From Casimicrobiaceae bacterium (lineage in GTDB: Bacteria; Pseudomonadota; Gammaproteobacteria; Burkholderiales; Casimicrobiaceae), in the NCBI GenBank assembly GCA_035607385.1, contig DATNAR010000258.1, forward strand, positions 1 through 44,465: 44,465 nt of DNA, in the 5' to 3' direction. Below the pieces are notes generated by a model that ran no database searches, was not told the DNA's origin, and saw only the letters and a program-made list of their open reading frames with translations. Shown piece by piece: positions 29,354 to 37,739 of this stretch. The number at the start of each line of letters is the position of its first letter. Position 1 is the first letter of the stretch. A program made the translations under genes and the position numbers.

Positions 29354-29668
29354 TCAAGGCTTTTTGACCCACGCGCTACACCATCCCTTCGATGCAACGA
29401 GCTTGTTCTGATAAAGCGGGCACGGGCCGGCCGCGTCAGTCGGCTTCCCCTGATAAAGCTGGCAGGTACTGCATGTCTGGCCGGCCGCGTACTTCGGAAA
29501 TTTCGCCTTATCCGCCTTCGTGGCGTCGGCCTTGTAGCCCAAGGCCTGCGCCTGAGGATCGCTCTCGGACAACGGCGTGCCACCCTGGGCGAAAGCAAAG
29601 CGCGAAGCCGCGAGAGCAGACGCAGCCCCCGCGGCGCCAATCAGGAATGTCCTACGTTTATGCTGCAT
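29354..29668 (-). CDS. High-potential iron-sulfur protein (HiPIP), Tat-exported
   Basis: 104 aa with the Tat leader 'MQHKRRTFLIGAAGAASALAASRFAFA'. The Cys pattern 'CSTCQLY..GPCPLY..GWCSAW' is typical of HiPIPs. AAGGAG precedes the ATG. Confidence 0.88.
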   Translation of the reverse strand: MQHKRRTFLIGAAGAASALAASRFAFAQGGTPLSESDPQAQALGYKADATKADKAKFPKYAAGQTCSTCQLYQGKPTDAAGPCPLYQNKLVASKGWCSAWVKKP

Positions 29669-29733
29669 GATGACTCCTTAATGCCGCAACACGCGGCTGA
29701 AAATTGTTGCCGGCGCTTCACGGTTGACGGCGG

Positions 29734-31095
29734 CTAGCCTCCGCCAGGTTGCGTGACCGATAATGGATCACTCGCCGGAAAAGTAGCCTCCAATGCCGCA
29801 TCCAACATATTTTCGCGTGCCCGGTCTGCCATTGACGATTCGCGGTCTTGCCCTGATGGGCTAAATGTCGAAAGCAGTGGCAGACTGAAGAGAAATTCAC
29901 TCCCCCGGCCAAGTCCTTCGCTGAAGGCTTCCACGCGACCGCCATGCATTTCGACCAAGCTTCGGACCAGCGACAATCCAATTCCAAGACCACGCTCAGC
30001 GCGGTCGGATGCACTCTCCAACTGGTAGAACAGGTCAAATATCTTTTTTAGCTCCGAAGCTTCCAGCCCGCGGCCTGTGTCGCGCACTCGGATTACTGCC
30101 TCCTCGCCGGTCGTCTCGGCGGTAAGCCTGATACGGCCGCCGGGATCAGTATATTTCGCCGCGTTGCTGAGTAGATTTGAGATCACCTGGGCCAGCCGGA
30201 CGGCGTCTCCCCTTACAGGAATGGGTTGCGGAGGATGCAGGACCGTCAACTGATGCCTTCTTGCATCGATCATTGCCCGATTCCACACCACCGCCTCAGC
30301 GATCACAGAGACCAGGTCGAGCGCTGCCACTCTTATCTCGAGCTTGCCGCGCGCCACACGCGATAGGTCGAGCAAATCATCCAACAGTCGCGTTATGGTC
30401 GTTACTTGCCGGCTGACGGTGTCGCAAATATCCTGCAGTACCGGGTCGCCGGGACTTCGCATCTGTAGGATATGCACCGCATTGCGAATTGGCGAAAGTG
30501 GTCCGCGCAGCTCATGAGCAACCATCCCGAGGAATTGATCCTTGCGGAGATCGGCGTCGCGTAGTTGCGCCTCGCTTATCCCCAACGCGCCTTGGGTCCG
30601 TTCTTTCTCCGTGGCGTCGCGCCAACTGGTTATGGCGCCTCGCACGCGGCCGTCCGGGGTCTTGACGGGATCGCTGCTTACCAGGACGTTTATTCGAGTG
30701 CCATCCGACCGCGCGACGACCCATTTCTCGTTGCGTATGGTTTCGCCAAATCGTGATGCGCGATAAAGCGGAATCTCCTCAAGGCTCGGTTGGGTGATGC
30801 CGTCATCGAGAAACCATCCGTGACTGTGCGGGCGTTCCGTTGGCCGTATCTGGAGCAAATCATGGCGCGAGATGCCCATGAGCTGCTCAGCCTGACGACT
30901 ATTCGCCATGATCGGAAAGTCGGGAGGGCCGTACGCAATCGTGATGGCCTCAGGTATCCTGTCGATTAGCGCTTGCAACAGCGCGTGATCGCCGTCCATG
31001 TCCCTAGCAGGTTGCTCGAAAGCGAATCCAACGCCAGCAGAAGATACGCTTTCGACCTGCACGCAGTCCGAAAAGTCAGCCGGCACATCGTCCAT
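29734..31095 (-). CDS. Soluble PAS-domain sensor histidine kinase
   Basis: 453 aa from the ATG at 31095 (GGGGAG lies 6 nt upstream; the ORF is open to a TTG at 31143). There is no TM segment. It has a PAS-like region, the HisKA block 'FLGMVAHELRGPLSPI', and the HATPase blocks 'NLLSNAAKYT', 'VRDTGRGL', 'GLGIGLSLV'. Confidence 0.85.
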   Translation of the reverse strand: MDDVPADFSDCVQVESVSSAGVGFAFEQPARDMDGDHALLQALIDRIPEAITIAYGPPDFPIMANSRQAEQLMGISRHDLLQIRPTERPHSHGWFLDDGITQPSLEEIPLYRASRFGETIRNEKWVVARSDGTRINVLVSSDPVKTPDGRVRGAITSWRDATEKERTQGALGISEAQLRDADLRKDQFLGMVAHELRGPLSPIRNAVHILQMRSPGDPVLQDICDTVSRQVTTITRLLDDLLDLSRVARGKLEIRVAALDLVSVIAEAVVWNRAMIDARRHQLTVLHPPQPIPVRGDAVRLAQVISNLLSNAAKYTDPGGRIRLTAETTGEEAVIRVRDTGRGLEASELKKIFDLFYQLESASDRAERGLGIGLSLVRSLVEMHGGRVEAFSEGLGRGSEFLFSLPLLSTFSPSGQDRESSMADRARENMLDAALEATFPASDPLSVTQPGGG

Positions 31096-31345
31096 CGTTC
31101 GCTCCCCGCTCAGCTGTTGATTCGAATCGTATTGATCCTTCAACCTTTGTGACCGACCGGCTCCGACCCAACCGTCCAGTCCGACGACCCGAACGATTGC
31201 GGCGATCGCACATCAGTTCGCGCAGGCCGTAGTCAAAAAAGGATCTTTCCTGGCTTGTTTGGGCGGCAGGAAACAATGGGCTCGGCAAGCGCTCTAAGAG
31301 TGACCGGAAGGAGGCTCATTGTGATATCGCGCCCGGCGCCACATC

Positions 31346-31385
31346 ATCGGGAGACTCTGATATTTTCTGTAGGGCTCTCTTGACT
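31346..31385 (-). promoter_or_regulatory. Copy D of the tripartite motif (read on the minus strand: AGTCAAGA-N4-CCTACAG-N13-CTCCCGAT), about 250 nt upstream of the PAS kinase start
   Basis: All three boxes are identical to copy C (43849-43888), with the same 4-nt and 13-nt spacers. Confidence 0.45.
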
Positions 31386-31593
31386 GGCGGCCGTTGTTTC
31401 GTCGGGCACCGTTTTTATGCGTTGGAGCAGCCGATGCGGGCCCGGCGGAAGGTCAGCGACGGGTCCGAACGCGGTGCAGAAGAGCGAACAGCCAAACCGC
31501 TTGATTCAGCTACGAAAGTGGCTCTGGGAGCGCTAGGCGGCGGCGACCGATAAATCCTGCAACCGGCGAACAGGAGCGTTGCTCAGGTCGTGC

Positions 31594-31851
31594 TCATGCC
31601 ACTTCGCGCGTGCCAGCGTCGATGCGAAAGTCGTCCTCGTCACCGGCACCGATGCGATACGACCCGGAGCTAAACAAAACCACGGTTGAAACCGTCTCAT
31701 GGCGCATTGGGAAGCTGGTGAGCGACCGCTCGTTCGTGGACGTTATCAGTAGTGCATCGGTTTCAATCGTCAAGAGCATCTTACGGGAAATGTCGTAGTT
31801 TCCCGACAGTAATTGCACGAGGACAACGACATGCTTGTTATCGGAGTGCAA
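31594..31851 (-). CDS. Hypothetical protein (weak call)
   Basis: An 85-codon ORF (TTG start; internal ATG gives 61 aa) in a visibly more A/T-rich stretch. I recognise no family and see no clear RBS. Confidence 0.2.
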   Translation of the reverse strand: MHSDNKHVVVLVQLLSGNYDISRKMLLTIETDALLITSTNERSLTSFPMRHETVSTVVLFSSGSYRIGAGDEDDFRIDAGTREVA

Positions 31852-31994
31852 CGAAGTCGGTGACGTTTTCTACCTCCATAGACGCGCTAACCGACGTTGC
31901 AGCCATCGCAGAATACCGAATGGCCAAAGCCACACGAAATTCGCGACGTGGGCGATGGATGCGATCGTCGCCACAACTGATAGGAGAAGAGGCA

Positions 31995-32216
31995 ATGCCA
32001 ACCAAAAAGACAGCAACGTTCGAGACGATTCCTGTAGGGACGCCGGTGACATGGCACTATCGTAGCGCGATTGGTCACGGCACCGTTAAGGGCGTTCATA
32101 AGAAGGGCACTACGACAGCCAACACCATGTACTCCGTCGCACAGCATGACCATCACCCCGGTGAGCCACCGATTGTGGTGCACTCTGGTGCTGCCTTGAC
32201 TCGCACGGATAAGTAG
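31995..32216 (+). CDS. DUF2945 / Hva1-TUDOR-like small protein
   Basis: 73 aa from the ATG at 31995, preceded by AGGAGAAGAGG. The layout 'VGTPVTWHYRSAIGHGTVKGVHKKG...SVAQHDHHPGEPPIVVHSGAALTR' resembles DUF2945 proteins (short beta-rich domain, 'V.W......G.+..+'). Confidence 0.5.
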   Translation: MPTKKTATFETIPVGTPVTWHYRSAIGHGTVKGVHKKGTTTANTMYSVAQHDHHPGEPPIVVHSGAALTRTDK

Positions 32217-32500
32217 CCCCTGATCTACACCCACACCGGCAGGACGGCAGCGCGCCTCACGCGCGTGAATGTCCCGGCATCAACGTCAGAGACCGGCTGC
32301 TACAATGCCACGGGTTGGAGGCCAAAGGCGGTGGCATCGCGCCTGACCGCACTGCGTCGAAACTCGATCCGCAACAGATGCTCCGGACAATCCACGACGG
32401 GCGTCCAGAGACCCGGATGCGGTCCTGGGGCAACCAACTTGGCTCCGATGAGATCTGGAAGGTCATTACTTATCTACGGAGCTTGCGACAAGGCGTTTAG
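32213..32500 (+). pseudogene. Remnant of a class I c-type cytochrome (no start or signal peptide, haem motif degenerate)
   Basis: The frame reads '..RDRLLQCHGLEAKGGGIAPDRTA...IHDGRPETRMRSWGNQLGSDEIWKVITYLRSLR*'. The C-terminal half looks like a cytochrome c ('..MP.W...LSD.EIW.V..Y..SL'). The first Cys of CxxCH is Leu (LLQCH), and there is no ATG/GTG or leader peptide upstream, only an in-frame TAA at 32210. Confidence 0.4.
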
Positions 32501-32511
32501 GGTGTTCAGGC

Positions 32512-32853
32512 GTGCGAGCGTCGCCGTCGTCCGTGTACGCAGTTCGGTATCGGCAGGTGGAGGGCAACGTCGTCTTCTCTTTCCTCAATGCATTTGAACC
32601 GGATACGCAGCGTCTGGCTGAACTGAAGCATCATTATCAGTCGGGCGGCTTAGCCGACAGCACGCTCAAACGTTTGCTCGAGGAGCGTCTCCAAGCGCTC
32701 ATCGAGCCGATCCGCCTGCGACGGCAACGCTTGGCCATGGACCGCGGCGAAGTCGTGGCCATCCTGAGACGTGGGACGGAACGAGCCCGGGACAAGGCCG
32801 CCACAACTTTTGCAGCGGTCAAGCGCGCCCTTGGTCTCGCCTACTTTGTATGA
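32512..32853 (+). pseudogene. 3' fragment of a tryptophanyl-tRNA synthetase gene (C-terminal ~100 aa only)
   Basis: '..NVVFSFLNAFEPDTQRLAELKHHYQSGGLADSTLKRLLEERLQALIEPIRLRRQRLAMDRGEVVAILRRGTERARDKAATTFAAVKRALGL' matches the anticodon-binding C-terminus of TrpRS ('Y..GG.G....K..L.E.+...L.PIR.RR......D...+..IL..G...AR..A..T...V..A+GL'). The Rossmann catalytic part (HIGH/KMSKS) is absent. Confidence 0.55.
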
Positions 32854-32938
32854 GCGAGCAGAAAAGCCACGCGGCGGTTGGCTTAGGCTCGCCAAACGAT
32901 AGACAAGGGAGCGCATCATAAGCGTTGCAGCGCAACCG

Positions 32939-35230
32939 TTGACCGACGACGACCCCGCGCTTTCCCCCTGGTGGATACGCAGCGTGATGTTTGTGATGCT
33001 GCTTGGCTTCGTGGGGCTTATCACGGTCACCACGCTTGCCTACCGCAACGCACCGCCGATCCCGTCGCAGGTACTCGACGCGCAAGGCGTCGCGCTGTTC
33101 AGCGGCGAGGATATCAGCGACGGACAGACGGTATTTCTCAAATATGGCCTGATGGACAACGGCAGCATCTGGGGCCACGGGGCCTACCTCGGGCCGGACT
33201 ACGCGGCCGACGCGCTGCATCGCATGGGCGAAGACACCGCCGAAGCCATCGCGCAACAACAATATCGGCAGCCTTTGGCCGCTTTGACCCGTTCGCAGCA
33301 GGCGGCAGTGCACGCCGAAACGACCGTGGAGCTCAAGACCAATCGATACGATCCGGCCACCGAAACGTTGCATTTGACCGCGCCGGAAGCGGCGGCCTAT
33401 CGCCAACAGATTAACTACTGGACCGATTACTTCCGGCATCCGTCGCGCAATGGCGGTCTGAAGACTGACCTCATCACCGACCCGACCGAGCTGCACCAAT
33501 TCACCGCCTTCGTCACTTGGGCGGCCTGGGCATCGGTCGCCGCCCGCCCCGGCGAGGATTATTCCTATACCAATAACTTTCCGTACGATCCGAGCGTCGG
33601 TAATCAGCCCACACCGGGCGCTGTGTTGTGGAGTGCGCTTAGCCTGATTGTGCTGCTGGCCGGCACGGCGGCGGTCTTGCTGGCGTTCGGAAAGTTCGAC
33701 TATCTGGGCTGGATTTCTAGGGGCCACCACGTGCACCCGCACTTGCTGCCGGGACAGGCCAGCCGGGGCCAGTACGCGCTGGTGAAGTTCTTTGTGGTCG
33801 TGGCATTGCTGTTTCTGGCGCAGACGCTGGCGGGCGGCGCAGTTGCCCACTACCGCGCCGACCCGAGCAGCTTCTACGGTTTCGAGCTGGAGCGAATTTT
33901 CCCCAGCAACCTGGTGCGCACCTGGCACTTGCAGACGGCGATCTTCTGGATCGCTACGGCCTACGTAGCCGCGGCGCTGTTCCTCGGCCGTTCGCTGCGC
34001 GTCGACGAGCCACGCTGGCTCGCCGGCTGGACTAACGTGCTGTTCGCTGCGTTCGCGTTGGTGATTGGCGGCAGTCTTCTGGGCGAATGGCTCGGCATCT
34101 CGCAAATACTCGGTCGCTCGTGGTTCTGGCTCGGCAATCAGGGTTGGGAGTATCTGGAACTCGGCCGACTGTGGCAGTACCTGCTGGTGATAGGCCTTTT
34201 GGTGTGGTTCGGGCTGCTATGGATGCTGGTGCGGCCGCGCGCGCTTGCTGAAGCGGCTTCGAAGCCAATTGTCAAAATGTTCCTGGTGGCTGCACTGGCG
34301 ATACCGGTTTTCTATATCCCGGCTCTATTTTTCGGTGCCAGGACCAACTATACCGTGGTCGATACTTGGCGTTTCTGGATCATCCACCTGTGGGTAGAAG
34401 GTTTCTTCGAGTTCTTCGCCACGACGGTGGTGGCGCTGACGTTCTATCAACTCGGCCTGACCCGCCGCAATGTTGCGCTGCGGGTAATCTACCTTGATGC
34501 CATCCTGTATTTCCTCGGCGGGCTGATGGGTACCGGTCACCATTGGTATTTCACCGGCCAAACCAACGTCAACATGGCGCTATCGTCGCTATTCTCGGTT
34601 CTCGAGGTGGTCCCGCTGACCTTGTTGACGCTAGACGCATGGGACTTCGTACGAACCACGCGCGGCGACTGCGACATCTGCGGCAAGGCGATTGCGATTC
34701 CACACAAGTGGACGTTCTATTTTTTAATGGCGGTGGGCTTCTGGAACTTCGTCGGTGCCGGCATTTTCGGGTTTTTGATCAACCTGCCGATCGTCAGCTA
34801 TTACGAAGTTGGCACCTTGCTGACGCCCAATCACGGCCACGCTGCGCTGATGGGTGTTTTCGGCATGCTGGCGATTGCGCTCATGGTGTTCGTGCTTCGG
34901 CAGACCAGCGACGATACGCGCTGGGCCGGCACTGAGAAATACGTCAAGCTCGCATTCTGGGGCACTAACGTCGGCCTCGCGATGATGGTGGCGATGAGCT
35001 TGTTCCCCGGTGGCGTGCTGCAGGTTTGGGACGTGATCCAGCATGGATACTGGCACGCCCGCAGCCTTGACTACATCGGGAGTCAAAGGTCGCGTTTGAT
35101 CGAATGGCTGCGCTTGCCCGGCGACCTGGTGTTCATCATCTTCGGCGCCGTGCCGTTGGTAATCGCGTCGATCAAGGGTTACCTCGGGGTGCGCGCCGCG
35201 ATAGCGGACACGGCTCCGCGCGCAGGCTGA
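32939..35230 (+). CDS. norB: Nitric oxide reductase, quinol-dependent large-subunit type (qNor/NorZ)
   Basis: 763 aa with an N-terminal TM helix plus a periplasmic extension ('LAYRNAPPIP', 'GQTVFLKYGLMDNGSIWGHGAYLGPDY'), followed by a 12-helix haem-copper oxidase core ('WRFWIIHLWVEGFFEFF', 'GTGHHWYF', 'PNHGHAALMGVFGM'). The start is uncertain (TTG at 32939; ATG 17 codons later). Confidence 0.88.
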   Translation: MTDDDPALSPWWIRSVMFVMLLGFVGLITVTTLAYRNAPPIPSQVLDAQGVALFSGEDISDGQTVFLKYGLMDNGSIWGHGAYLGPDYAADALHRMGEDTAEAIAQQQYRQPLAALTRSQQAAVHAETTVELKTNRYDPATETLHLTAPEAAAYRQQINYWTDYFRHPSRNGGLKTDLITDPTELHQFTAFVTWAAWASVAARPGEDYSYTNNFPYDPSVGNQPTPGAVLWSALSLIVLLAGTAAVLLAFGKFDYLGWISRGHHVHPHLLPGQASRGQYALVKFFVVVALLFLAQTLAGGAVAHYRADPSSFYGFELERIFPSNLVRTWHLQTAIFWIATAYVAAALFLGRSLRVDEPRWLAGWTNVLFAAFALVIGGSLLGEWLGISQILGRSWFWLGNQGWEYLELGRLWQYLLVIGLLVWFGLLWMLVRPRALAEAASKPIVKMFLVAALAIPVFYIPALFFGARTNYTVVDTWRFWIIHLWVEGFFEFFATTVVALTFYQLGLTRRNVALRVIYLDAILYFLGGLMGTGHHWYFTGQTNVNMALSSLFSVLEVVPLTLLTLDAWDFVRTTRGDCDICGKAIAIPHKWTFYFLMAVGFWNFVGAGIFGFLINLPIVSYYEVGTLLTPNHGHAALMGVFGMLAIALMVFVLRQTSDDTRWAGTEKYVKLAFWGTNVGLAMMVAMSLFPGGVLQVWDVIQHGYWHARSLDYIGSQRSRLIEWLRLPGDLVFIIFGAVPLVIASIKGYLGVRAAIADTAPRAG

Positions 35231-35239
35231 GCTATCGTT

Positions 35240-36091
35240 ATGAGGAAGGAAATGGACCTCGAAGTGCAGATCCAGAAGGCACGAGCGTTGAGAAAAATGC
35301 ACGATCGCTCGGATATCCTCGTGCTGCCCAACGCCTGGGACGCGGTCACCGCACGCTTGTTCGCTCGGTTGGGGTTCGCTGCCATCGCCACCACGAGCGG
35401 CGGTGTAGCCTGGTCGCTCGGCTATCCCGACGGCGAGCAAGCGCCGCTACGCGAGGTTGTCACCGCCAGCGGGCGGATCGCGCGAGCGGTCGATCTGCCG
35501 GTGACCGTGGACATGGAAGCTGGTTATGGCACGACGCCGGAAGCTGTCGCTGATGCGGTGCGCGCCGTCATTGCGGCGGGCGCCGTAGGCATCAACCTTG
35601 AGGATGGGTTGCACGCATCCGCCACGCTGCGAGCGCTCGGTGCGGCGGTGGAGCGGCTTCGCGCCGCGGTCGACGCAGCAGCTGTGGCAGGCGTGCCGAT
35701 CGTGATCAACGCTCGCACCGATACCTATCTGTTGAAGTACGGGGCCAGCGACGGCGAGCGCTTCGAAGAGACCGTTCGGCGCGCGAAGGCTTATCTCGCG
35801 GCGGGTGCGGACTGCATCTATCCCATCGGCCTCGGTGATGCCGCGACAATCGCGGCGCTCGTGAAGACGCTCGATGCGCCCATCAACGTCGCGCCGAGGC
35901 CGGGCGTTCCCGCAGTGGCGGAGCTTGCGCGGCTCGGTGTCGCACGCGTGAGCACGGCGACACGTTTTGCGACCCTCGCGTTGTCTGCGGTGGAGAGGGC
36001 GGCGAGGGAACTTCGCGCAAGCGGCCGGTTCGAATGTCTGGACGCCGCGCTTACGTACCCGGATGTGCAACGGTTGTTCGACGAGGCCTGA
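35240..36091 (+). CDS. Isocitrate lyase / PEP mutase family protein
   Basis: 283 aa with 'ILVLPNAWDAVTARLFARLGFAAIATTSGGVAWSLGYPDGE', 'PVTVDMEAGYG', 'GAVGINLEDG'. It starts 10 nt after norB. An alternative ATG at 35252 lies behind AGGAAGGA. Confidence 0.78.
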   Translation: MRKEMDLEVQIQKARALRKMHDRSDILVLPNAWDAVTARLFARLGFAAIATTSGGVAWSLGYPDGEQAPLREVVTASGRIARAVDLPVTVDMEAGYGTTPEAVADAVRAVIAAGAVGINLEDGLHASATLRALGAAVERLRAAVDAAAVAGVPIVINARTDTYLLKYGASDGERFEETVRRAKAYLAAGADCIYPIGLGDAATIAALVKTLDAPINVAPRPGVPAVAELARLGVARVSTATRFATLALSAVERAARELRASGRFECLDAALTYPDVQRLFDEA

Positions 36092-36135
36092 CGACATCGA
36101 TCCGACAACAGTTGTTTTTCAGAGAAGGCAGGCAA

Positions 36136-36603
36136 ATGAAAGAACGCATCGATTACAAGAAGGTTGCTCCGGGAGCGTATAAAGCGATGCTTGCGGTCGA
36201 AACCTACGTGCTCAGCTCGGGGCTGGAGCACTCGCTGCTCGAGCTGGTAAAGACGCGCGTCTCGCAAATCAATGGATGCGCGCATTGCCTCGACATGCAC
36301 ACCAAGGAAGCGCGAGCGAACGGCGAAACGGAGCAACGATTATATGTCCTTGCGGCGTGGCGCGAGGCACCGTTTTACTCTGACCGCGAGCGGGCTGCGC
36401 TCGCTTGGGCCGAGGCCGTCACCCAGATCTCTACGCAGGACACTCCCGATGAGCTCTACGAGGAGATGCGTCGACATTTCGATGAGAAGTCGCTTGTCGA
36501 TCTGACACTTGCGATTATCGCCATCAACGGGTGGAACCGTCTCGCGGTCCCGTTCCGTACTGAAACGGGCAACTATAAGGCGAAGACAGCGCGCGCTGCA
36601 TGA
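36136..36603 (+). CDS. Carboxymuconolactone decarboxylase / AhpD-like family protein
   Basis: 155 aa with 'ELVKTRVSQINGCAHCLDMHTKEARANGETEQRLYVLAAWREAPFYSDRERAALAWAEAVT' and the CxxC-type motif (CAHC) of AhpD-like proteins. Confidence 0.8.
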   Translation: MKERIDYKKVAPGAYKAMLAVETYVLSSGLEHSLLELVKTRVSQINGCAHCLDMHTKEARANGETEQRLYVLAAWREAPFYSDRERAALAWAEAVTQISTQDTPDELYEEMRRHFDEKSLVDLTLAIIAINGWNRLAVPFRTETGNYKAKTARAA

Positions 36604-36746
36604 CATCCCGCCGTGCCTTCGCTGCTCGCGGAACCGAGCTATATGCTCCATCTAGGAGCACATCGACCTCGCCGCAGTCGGATCGGGAACTGGACTGTAG
36701 CCAGTTTGCGTAACCGGCGTGTCTTCGCGCGTCGCAGCGCGCCGCT

Positions 36747-37118
36747 CTAGGACGCGGCTTTGCTCGTTCCTTCTTTCAACACCTCGCGCTTGGCAGCATC
36801 AGCGGACGCTGTATCAGGTGCCTTCGCCGCAGCCTCCTGCGCCTCGACATAGAGGTGCTGGTCTGGACCATTTTTAAGGGGCTGCGTTGGCAGCGGTTCG
36901 AGGTGCTCGTTGGCGAACGCTTCCGAGGCATTCGTACCCGGCGCCGCAGCGTTCGCATTGGGCGGTATCGGCCCGCGTTCCGGGGGCGCAGGTGGGGCCA
37001 CGCCGCCCCACGCGACCTTAAACGCTGGATTGGCGCTGGATGCTTGACTCGTGTCGCGTTGGCCGCAGGCACTCAGCAGTGCGATCGCGGCGATGGCAAT
37101 TACGATTGATGATTTCAT
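36747..37118 (-). CDS. Hypothetical lipoprotein
   Basis: 123 aa with 'MKSSIVIAIAAIALLSAC' (signal peptide plus lipobox L-S-A-C). The mature part is Ala/Pro-rich and low in complexity. Confidence 0.6.
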   Translation of the reverse strand: MKSSIVIAIAAIALLSACGQRDTSQASSANPAFKVAWGGVAPPAPPERGPIPPNANAAAPGTNASEAFANEHLEPLPTQPLKNGPDQHLYVEAQEAAAKAPDTASADAAKREVLKEGTSKAAS

Positions 37119-37218
37119 GGTCTATTGGTCACAAAGAGATGGTTTCCAATCACACCCCGAGTATCGGGTGTGCCAAGGCTTGTAAGCACGTTGGAATCTC
37201 GGTCTGATCGACCCCTTT

Positions 37219-37700
37219 TCATTCGAGCGGCGTCAGACTGTGTTGGACCGAAAACCGGACGAGCGCCGCAAAGTTGTCAAGACCGAGCTTCTGCATCATG
37301 CCGTTGCTCGCCTACAGATTGGACAGCCGAGCGGGCCGATTGTTGCTTGCCGGGGTCACGCCGCCGGGGCAACGTCCCGGCTGGTGGTGGCATGTCCGGT
37401 TCTGGCCGTTCAGCGAAATTCGCGAACGCCCGCTTTCCTATCCAAGCGACCAGTTGGACGTGTCCGTTCCTTGAACAGCGCAGTTCGACAGGACCAGACA
37501 ACGGTTTACATGGCTACCCATCGGCAATATAACGTGGGTGTCGGTTCGCAACCAGACGGAAAGCTTGATAGTTCCGGTAGGGAGTACTGGACTGTTCCAC
37601 ATCTGGAGTCGAGTTCTGCGGCCGAGCCAACGCCCGTTTCCCGGATATTGAACTCCGCGATCCGCGTCAACGCCCCTGTTTATTGGGCCTCGTCGGCGCA
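37219..37700 (-). pseudogene. Decayed NarL/FixJ (LuxR-HTH) response-regulator remnant
   Basis: The minus-strand end reads '..ASNGMMQKLGLDNFAALVRFSVQHSLTPLE*' (LuxR-type HTH recognition and last helices), preceded by an in-frame TAG. Upstream frames give receiver-like debris ('..THVILPMGSH..', '..AVQGTDTS..'). Several frame changes are needed and the HTH is too short, so this is not a functional gene. Confidence 0.35.
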
Positions 37701-37739
37701 CGCTTGGGTAGCAGCTCGGATGTGATCAGCGGACGGCGC

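Noticed and set aside
29669-29733. Possible sigma54 promoter (GGCAAC....TCAGC) upstream of the HiPIP gene
   Set aside because: The GG-to-GC spacing is 12 nt instead of the required 10, and the TGGCAC/TTGC elements are absent.
32924-32936. Palindrome GTTGC-AGC-GCAAC just before the norB start, considered as an FNR/NnrR/Dnr box
   Set aside because: It has only 5-bp arms with a 3-nt loop and does not fit TTGAT-N4-ATCAA. It could be chance, or a small RNA hairpin of no demonstrable role.
37311-37317. Isolated CCTACAG heptamer (also CTGTAGG at 32032-32038)
   Set aside because: The flanking boxes are absent at the required 4- and 13-nt spacings. A 7-mer is expected several times by chance on two strands of a 44-kb window.
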